DNA from: an uncultured archaeon
GTDB taxonomy: Archaea; Iainarchaeota; Iainarchaeia; Iainarchaeales; CSSED10-239
DNA: 38,359 nt
Direction of reading: 5' to 3'
Assembly (NCBI GenBank): GCA_964526365.1
Contig: CAZGLB010000002.1
Location: 1-38,359 of the forward strand
Position numbers and translations under genes: made by a program. Below are positions 34,084 through 38,359 of this stretch, one piece after another. Every line of letters begins with the position of its first letter. Within the stretch, counting starts at the first letter, position 1. The notes below the pieces were generated by a model, which searched no databases, had not been told where the DNA came from, and was given only the letters and a program-made list of their open reading frames with translations.

Positions 34084-34584
34084 ATGTCATTAGCACATAC
34101 TAGAAAACCAATCAGAGTTCTTGGAATGGTAATTATTCTAATTATCACTGTTGTTTTAATTTATTTACTTATAATGTATATTTCTAATTATAATATTACT
34201 AAAATTGCAAAGCTAAATGACAAATATATGATTAGCGAAACTGACCTTATTCCAGACGACTATGGTAGCTATATTTCTGATCTTAAAAAAATTGGAAACA
34301 AATATACTGGGACAATTATTGAATATGTGTATCTTTATCAGGACGCAAAGAAAATAGATAGAGCAGTCAATTATGCAATTATTGAAAACCAATGCATTAC
34401 AAGAATCACGATTGCTAAGATTGATACGCAGATACAAGACAGAGATGAACTTTTAGAAAAATTAAAAGCAATGCAAGATAAGAAACTAGAAAAAATATAT
34501 TGGAACGAATATATCGACATACTAGAAAACAGATACGCTATTGATGCTTTAAAAACGCGAGTCTCTGAAATCCCTTTTTGTTAA
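34084..34584 (+). CDS. hypothetical single-pass membrane protein (166 aa)
   Basis: N-terminal TM (VLGMVIILIITVVLIYLLIMYI). ORF lies 2 nt after the valS stop. I recognise no family. Confidence 0.45.
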   Translation: MSLAHTRKPIRVLGMVIILIITVVLIYLLIMYISNYNITKIAKLNDKYMISETDLIPDDYGSYISDLKKIGNKYTGTIIEYVYLYQDAKKIDRAVNYAIIENQCITRITIAKIDTQIQDRDELLEKLKAMQDKKLEKIYWNEYIDILENRYAIDALKTRVSEIPFC

Positions 34585-34601
34585 AGCAAAAGAAGAGAAA
34601 A

Positions 34602-35153
34602 ATGCAAAAACTAATTAATAAAGGCGCAGAAGCAATAATTCTTGATGCTGGACAAAAGATAACTAAGAAAAGAATCTCTAAAGGCTATAGAGACCCAAGT
34701 CTTGACAAAAGAATAATTAAAACTAGAAACAAGCAAGAAGCAACTCTTCTTAAACGCGCAAAACTTTCAGGAATTAATACTCCCATTGTCTACTCTGTAA
34801 CAGAAAACACAATAGTTATGGAGAAACTAAAAAACACCCAAGAACACAAGAAACTTGCAAAAGAAATTGGAAAAGAAATCTCTAGGCTTCATGCTCTTGA
34901 TATCATACATGGAGACCTTAATCTTATTAATATTTTAACAACTAAAGACAAGAAAATCTATTTCATTGACTTTGGTCTTGGCTTTCTTTCAAGAAAGATT
35001 GAAGACAAAGCAACAGACCTTTTAGTCTTTAAAAAGACCCTTTTATCTAGTAAGAAGACAGAAGGCCTATGGAAAGATATAGAGGCAGGCTACAATAACA
35101 AAGAAATACTAGAAAAGATTAAGGAAATTGAAAAAAGAGGGAGATATCTTTAG
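34602..35153 (+). CDS. bud32: Bud32/PRPK-type KEOPS kinase (stand-alone)
   Basis: MQKLINKGAEAII..., catalytic IIHGDLNLINIL and YFIDFGLG. I prefer ATG 34602 to the TTG at 34578 in the ORF track. Confidence 0.8.
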   Translation: MQKLINKGAEAIILDAGQKITKKRISKGYRDPSLDKRIIKTRNKQEATLLKRAKLSGINTPIVYSVTENTIVMEKLKNTQEHKKLAKEIGKEISRLHALDIIHGDLNLINILTTKDKKIYFIDFGLGFLSRKIEDKATDLLVFKKTLLSSKKTEGLWKDIEAGYNNKEILEKIKEIEKRGRYL

Positions 35154-35180
35154 AACCCAAAATAAAAATATATATAAACA

Positions 35181-35260
35181 AATCGCCACAATTATTATAT
35201 ATTATAGACCCTAATTTTATGGCTATATTTCTTATTAAACGCGCCTAAATAATCGCCACA
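35181..35260. repeat. two copies of the decamer AATCGCCACA, 70 nt apart, in the 144-nt gap upstream of rps15
   Basis: Copies lie at 35181-35190 and 35251-35260. The G+C-rich core stands out in an otherwise AT-rich spacer. Confidence 0.6.
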
Positions 35261-35297
35261 GGCAAAACTTAATGGAAGAAAAATATAAGTGATATAA

Positions 35298-35699
35298 ATG
35301 AGCGAAAATGAAAAAAAAGAATTAACAAAAAAAGAGATTTATGATCAGATAGAAGACCTTACAAAAAAAGGTAAGACTACTGCTGAGATTGGATTTTATC
35401 TTAAACAAAAATATGGAGTAAAATCTGTTCTTGAAGCAACAGGAAAGAAGATTGGTAAAGTTCAAGCAGAACTTAATCTTAAAAAAGACAAACTTCCTGA
35501 CGAATTACTATACCTTATCAAGAAAAGCGTAAAACTAATTAAACATAAAGAAGAAAACAAAAAAGACACTAGTGCTAAGAGAGGCTATCAAAAAACAGTC
35601 TCAAAAATTAATAGACTAAGAAAGCACTATATTAAAAGAAAAAAAATAGACGGAGCTTGGAGATATTCAGACGATTCAGCTAAGCTACTGGTTAAGTAA
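35298..35699 (+). CDS. rps15: 30S ribosomal protein S15 (uS15/S13e type)
   Basis: 133 aa. The N-terminal S13e-type segment (AEIGFYLKQKYGVKSVLEATGKKI) and LPDELLYLIKKSVKLIKHKEENKKDTSAKRGYQKTVSKINRLRKHY fit archaeal S15. Confidence 0.85.
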   Translation: MSENEKKELTKKEIYDQIEDLTKKGKTTAEIGFYLKQKYGVKSVLEATGKKIGKVQAELNLKKDKLPDELLYLIKKSVKLIKHKEENKKDTSAKRGYQKTVSKINRLRKHYIKRKKIDGAWRYSDDSAKLLVK

Positions 35700-35714
35700 A
35701 ATGGTGTTTAAAAT

Positions 35715-36284
35715 ATGGCAGACAAAAAAAGTACAGTAGATAACTGGAAGAAAAAGAAATGGTATGATATTAATGCAGACTCTACGTTTGATGAAAAGAA
35801 AATTGGAGAAACTGTTGCAATATTACCAAAAAACCTAGTTGGTAGAAATATCAAGAAAGGCCTAAACGAATTAACTGGTAATATCAGAGACTCAAGCTTT
35901 GAAGTAACCTTTAAGATAAATAAAATCACTGGATCTAAAGCAGACACAGTTATTTCTATATTTGAAGCAAAGACTGGTTTTCTTAGAAGAATGATAAGAA
36001 GACAAAAATCTAAGATTGAACCAGTATTCTATGTTACAACAAAAGACGGAAGTAAACTTAAAATTAAAGTTATGGCAATAACTGGCGCAAAATTTACAAC
36101 ACCACTTAGAACTCAAGCAAGAAAAGCAATTGTTGATTTCTTTAATGAAGAGATTTCTGGTAAAACTACAAAAGAAAACTGGAACGACATAATCTATCAA
36201 CACCTTTCTGAGAGATGTAAAGCAAAAATCTCAAAACTTGGTTATATCAACAAAGTTATGGTAATTAAGGTTATGTTAGTATAG
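35715..36284 (+). CDS. rps3ae: 30S ribosomal protein S3Ae (eS1)
   Basis: MADKKSTVDNWKKKKWYDINADSTFDEKKIGETVA is the characteristic S3Ae N-terminus (KDKW..K.WY.I.AP..F....IG.T). Confidence 0.85.
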   Translation: MADKKSTVDNWKKKKWYDINADSTFDEKKIGETVAILPKNLVGRNIKKGLNELTGNIRDSSFEVTFKINKITGSKADTVISIFEAKTGFLRRMIRRQKSKIEPVFYVTTKDGSKLKIKVMAITGAKFTTPLRTQARKAIVDFFNEEISGKTTKENWNDIIYQHLSERCKAKISKLGYINKVMVIKVMLV

Positions 36285-36310
36285 GAGAGAAAAGTTCTTA
36301 AAGAAAAAAC

Positions 36311-36967
36311 ATGAACTTCATTTTCTATTTTATTTTTTTTTATATACTTGGTATTGTTCTTTTTATTACTAGAAAATACGATATCTTTACTATTTCTTTA
36401 ATATTTGGAATGACTGGTCTTTTCTTGTTTTTTGGAAAAACCGCATTGTTCCTTTATCTTCTAATGTATTTCTGTGTAGCTGAAGGCTTATCTCTATTGT
36501 TAAAAAACAAGGGCGAGAACAGAAGCTATGTTAATCTTTTAGGAAACTGCCTTGTTGGAACAGTTCTTGTTGTGTTTGGACAGATATATGCTGCTGCTTC
36601 AACTATTTGTTCAGCATTTTCAGACACTATGTCTTCAGAGATTGGAAGATTATCAAAAACTAAACCAAGACTAATAACCAAAATTAAACAAGTTGTTGAA
36701 CCAGGAACAAACGGTGGAATAACAATCTTAGGGTTATTTGCAGCACTATTTGTTTCTATTGTTACGTTTGCAATATTTTATTTTTTATTTAAAGTAGAAT
36801 TAAAAACATCAATCATTATTGGAAGCTTTGGAATAATTGGAAGTATTATTGATAGTTTTATTGGAGCAACAATAGAAAATAAAGGATATCTGGATAATAG
36901 CCAGACTAATTTTTTAACCACCTTAATTGTTGGCGGGCTTTCAATACTTGCGCTTAGTTTTTTATAA
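36311..36967 (+). CDS. DUF92/TMEM19-family integral membrane protein
   Basis: SDTMSSEIGRLSKTKPRLIT...VEPGTNGGITILG...IDSFIGATIE...LDNSQTNFLTTLIVGG follows the DUF92 motifs (aDT.aSE.G, GT.GG.S..G, DS.lGAt.Q, N..vN). This assignment is from memory. Confidence 0.7.
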   Translation: MNFIFYFIFFYILGIVLFITRKYDIFTISLIFGMTGLFLFFGKTALFLYLLMYFCVAEGLSLLLKNKGENRSYVNLLGNCLVGTVLVVFGQIYAAASTICSAFSDTMSSEIGRLSKTKPRLITKIKQVVEPGTNGGITILGLFAALFVSIVTFAIFYFLFKVELKTSIIIGSFGIIGSIIDSFIGATIENKGYLDNSQTNFLTTLIVGGLSILALSFL

Positions 36968-38174
36968 TATCCCATTTCCAAGCAGGAATTATTTTTATAA
37001 TCTTATTATTCTCTGTAATTTCGTCCTCTTGATTTAAAGTTATTATTATCCCAAAATTTAAATTAAACTTATACATTGCAGACTTTAAACCATTAATCTC
37101 TCTGTCTTTATTTTCAGAATTTAAATCTACGCACACTTGGAATACTTTTGTAATTTTCTCTTTTTCTTTAATTATAAAATCACATTCTAAAGAATTCTCT
37201 TTAAAGAAATAAATATTATTGTAATTATTTCTTAGATTTAAAAAAACAAAATTCTCAAGTAACCTTCCTTGATCTTTAGAAAATGCTAAAGAATTTGCTT
37301 TTGCAAATCCGTTATCTATTGCATATATTTTTTTTGGATATATCTGTTGTTTTTTTAAAGAATAGTCAAATCTATTTATACTAAATAAAAAATAACTATC
37401 TTCTAAATAAGAAACATAAGAAATCATTGTGTTTATTGAACCTACGCTAAATGTTTTTTTTAAATTATTATAGGAGTATTCCTTGCCTATATTAGAAAGT
37501 AAATATGTGGCTAAATCTTTTATTGTTTTTGAATCTTTTAGATGGTGTCTTACAACTATGTCCCTATAAATTATGTTATTTAATAATTCTTGTAAAATCT
37601 CTTCGTTTTTAAATTTTAAAAACTCTGGAAAGCCGCCAAAATATAGATATTCGTTAAATGATTCCTCTTTTCTTTTTTGGTTAGTAAATCTTAAAAATTC
37701 ATCATAAGAAAAAGGGAATATCTCTTTTCTTAAATGCCTTCCTGTTAATCTAGTTCCTAGTTCTTTACTTAATAGCGATGCGTTTGAGCCAGTAATTATT
37801 ACTTTTTTTTTATGATCTAGTAATTGTCTAACAAAAACCTCCCATTTACTTATATTTTGTATTTCGTCAAAGAAGAAAATATTTGTATCGCCATAAACTT
37901 CTAATAACGCCTCTTGCAATTTTTGAAAATCAGTAACTGCGAAATTATTTAGTCTGGTGTCTTCAAAATTAAAAAATGCAAAATTTTTTTGTTTGTGCCT
38001 TATTTGATGTAAGAATGTGCTTTTACCACTGCGTCTTATTCCAGAAATAACATAAGCAAAAGAATCTAGAAGATCTATTTTGTCTAGTTCATTTCTTGGA
38101 GTCCCTAAATCTGTGTTTTCTAAACCTGCCTTTTGATCCAGGACTATATTTTTTATTTCATTTTTTAATAGCAT
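36954..38174 (-). CDS. AAA+ ATPase of the COG1373 type (AAA_14 plus DUF4143 architecture)
   Basis: 406 aa. Walker A ISGIRRSGKSTFL, Walker B IFFFDEIQNI, then a long C-terminal region ending in a restriction-endonuclease-like block (ECDFII), as I remember for this family. Confidence 0.75.
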   Translation of the reverse strand: MLLKNEIKNIVLDQKAGLENTDLGTPRNELDKIDLLDSFAYVISGIRRSGKSTFLHQIRHKQKNFAFFNFEDTRLNNFAVTDFQKLQEALLEVYGDTNIFFFDEIQNISKWEVFVRQLLDHKKKVIITGSNASLLSKELGTRLTGRHLRKEIFPFSYDEFLRFTNQKRKEESFNEYLYFGGFPEFLKFKNEEILQELLNNIIYRDIVVRHHLKDSKTIKDLATYLLSNIGKEYSYNNLKKTFSVGSINTMISYVSYLEDSYFLFSINRFDYSLKKQQIYPKKIYAIDNGFAKANSLAFSKDQGRLLENFVFLNLRNNYNNIYFFKENSLECDFIIKEKEKITKVFQVCVDLNSENKDREINGLKSAMYKFNLNFGIIITLNQEDEITENNKIIKIIPAWKWDIIKN

Positions 38175-38195
38175 ATATATTTTAGAACAAACCAG

Positions 38196-38203
38196 TATAT
38201 AAA
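38196..38203 (-). promoter_or_regulatory. TATA box (TTTATATA) for the COG1373 ATPase gene
   Basis: The reverse strand reads CCTTTATATACTGG. The box ends 21 nt upstream of ATG 38174, so its centre is at about -26. This spacing fits a leaderless archaeal transcript. Confidence 0.5.
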
Positions 38204-38207
38204 GGTT

Positions 38208-38248
38208 TTCATTGGCAGTGAAAACACTTGTTCATTGGCAGTGAAAAC
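38208..38248. repeat. two perfect 18-nt direct repeats, TTCATTGGCAGTGAAAAC, with a 23-nt period
   Basis: Copies lie at 38208-38225 and 38231-38248. Copy 1 extends to a perfect dyad GTTTTCA-N7-TGAAAAC (38205-38225). The left arm of copy 2 is imperfect (GTTCA). Confidence 0.9.
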
Positions 38249-38278
38249 CCTTGCTTTTAAAAATTAAAATTGCACGCA

Positions 38279-38359
38279 CTAACCATGAGTTATACACTTA
38301 TTGCTTTCACAACTACAAGTAACGCCTTCTCTTTGTCTGGCTTCCCCTAGATGAGTTCC
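38279..38359 (-). CDS. 3' end (26 codons plus stop) of an unidentified gene entering from the right edge
   Basis: My hand translation of the reverse strand gives ...GTHLGEARQREGVTCSCESNKCITHG*. The frame is open to the window edge and locally richer in G+C than the flanks. The fragment is too short to assign, and the Cys-rich tail is only suggestive. Confidence 0.3.
   Translation of the reverse strand, partial: GTHLGEARQREGVTCSCESNKCITHG

Noticed and set aside
38208-38248. The two 18-nt repeats as the start of a CRISPR array.
   Set aside because: There are only two copies, they are separated by 5 nt, so there is no spacer-sized interval, and the repeat is too short. A regulatory or RNA-hairpin interpretation is more plausible.
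1-38359. Alternative genetic code or stop-codon recoding.
   Set aside because: All family-assignable genes translate at full length with standard stops and end where their families normally end, so I saw no sign of in-frame TGA, TAG or TAA read-through.

Overview
The window is visibly AT-rich (I estimate about 30% G+C by eye, not computed) and very tightly packed. It is clearly archaeal. It carries two Orc1/Cdc6 genes, PCNA, primase large subunit PriL, RNA polymerase subunit L, a Csl4-like protein, tRNA-splicing endonuclease, diphthine synthase, Pelota, a DRG GTPase, NAC, Bud32, ribosomal proteins S15 and S3Ae, SepF and an archaeal-type ValRS. The small gene sizes, the many 4-nt ATGA start/stop overlaps and a few bacterial-type enzymes (GpmI, MnmA) fit a reduced, DPANN-like genome, but that placement is inference. 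I found no rRNA, tRNA, CRISPR array or transposase by eye. The main accessory content is a pilus region at about 8.8-16.0 kb. It holds a minus-strand operon with a split FlaJ/TadC-type platform and five tandem archaeal type IV pilin genes (11820-16029), and a convergent plus-strand cluster of four overlapping small ORFs with prepilin-like N-termini (8845-10291). The housekeeping genes dph5, a DUF357 gene and endA lie between the two clusters. No assembly ATPase or prepilin peptidase is present in the window. Other points worth checking:
- a SepF gene coupled to an unrecognised tail-anchored protein that contains an internal duplication
- an NFACT-R-only protein downstream of the second cdc6
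- a hicB-hicA module
- an 18-nt perfect direct repeat with an internal palindrome just upstream of the TATA box of a COG1373-type AAA ATPase
- about eight ORFs in which I recognise no family
All product calls come from motif recognition on the supplied translations. No searches were run.
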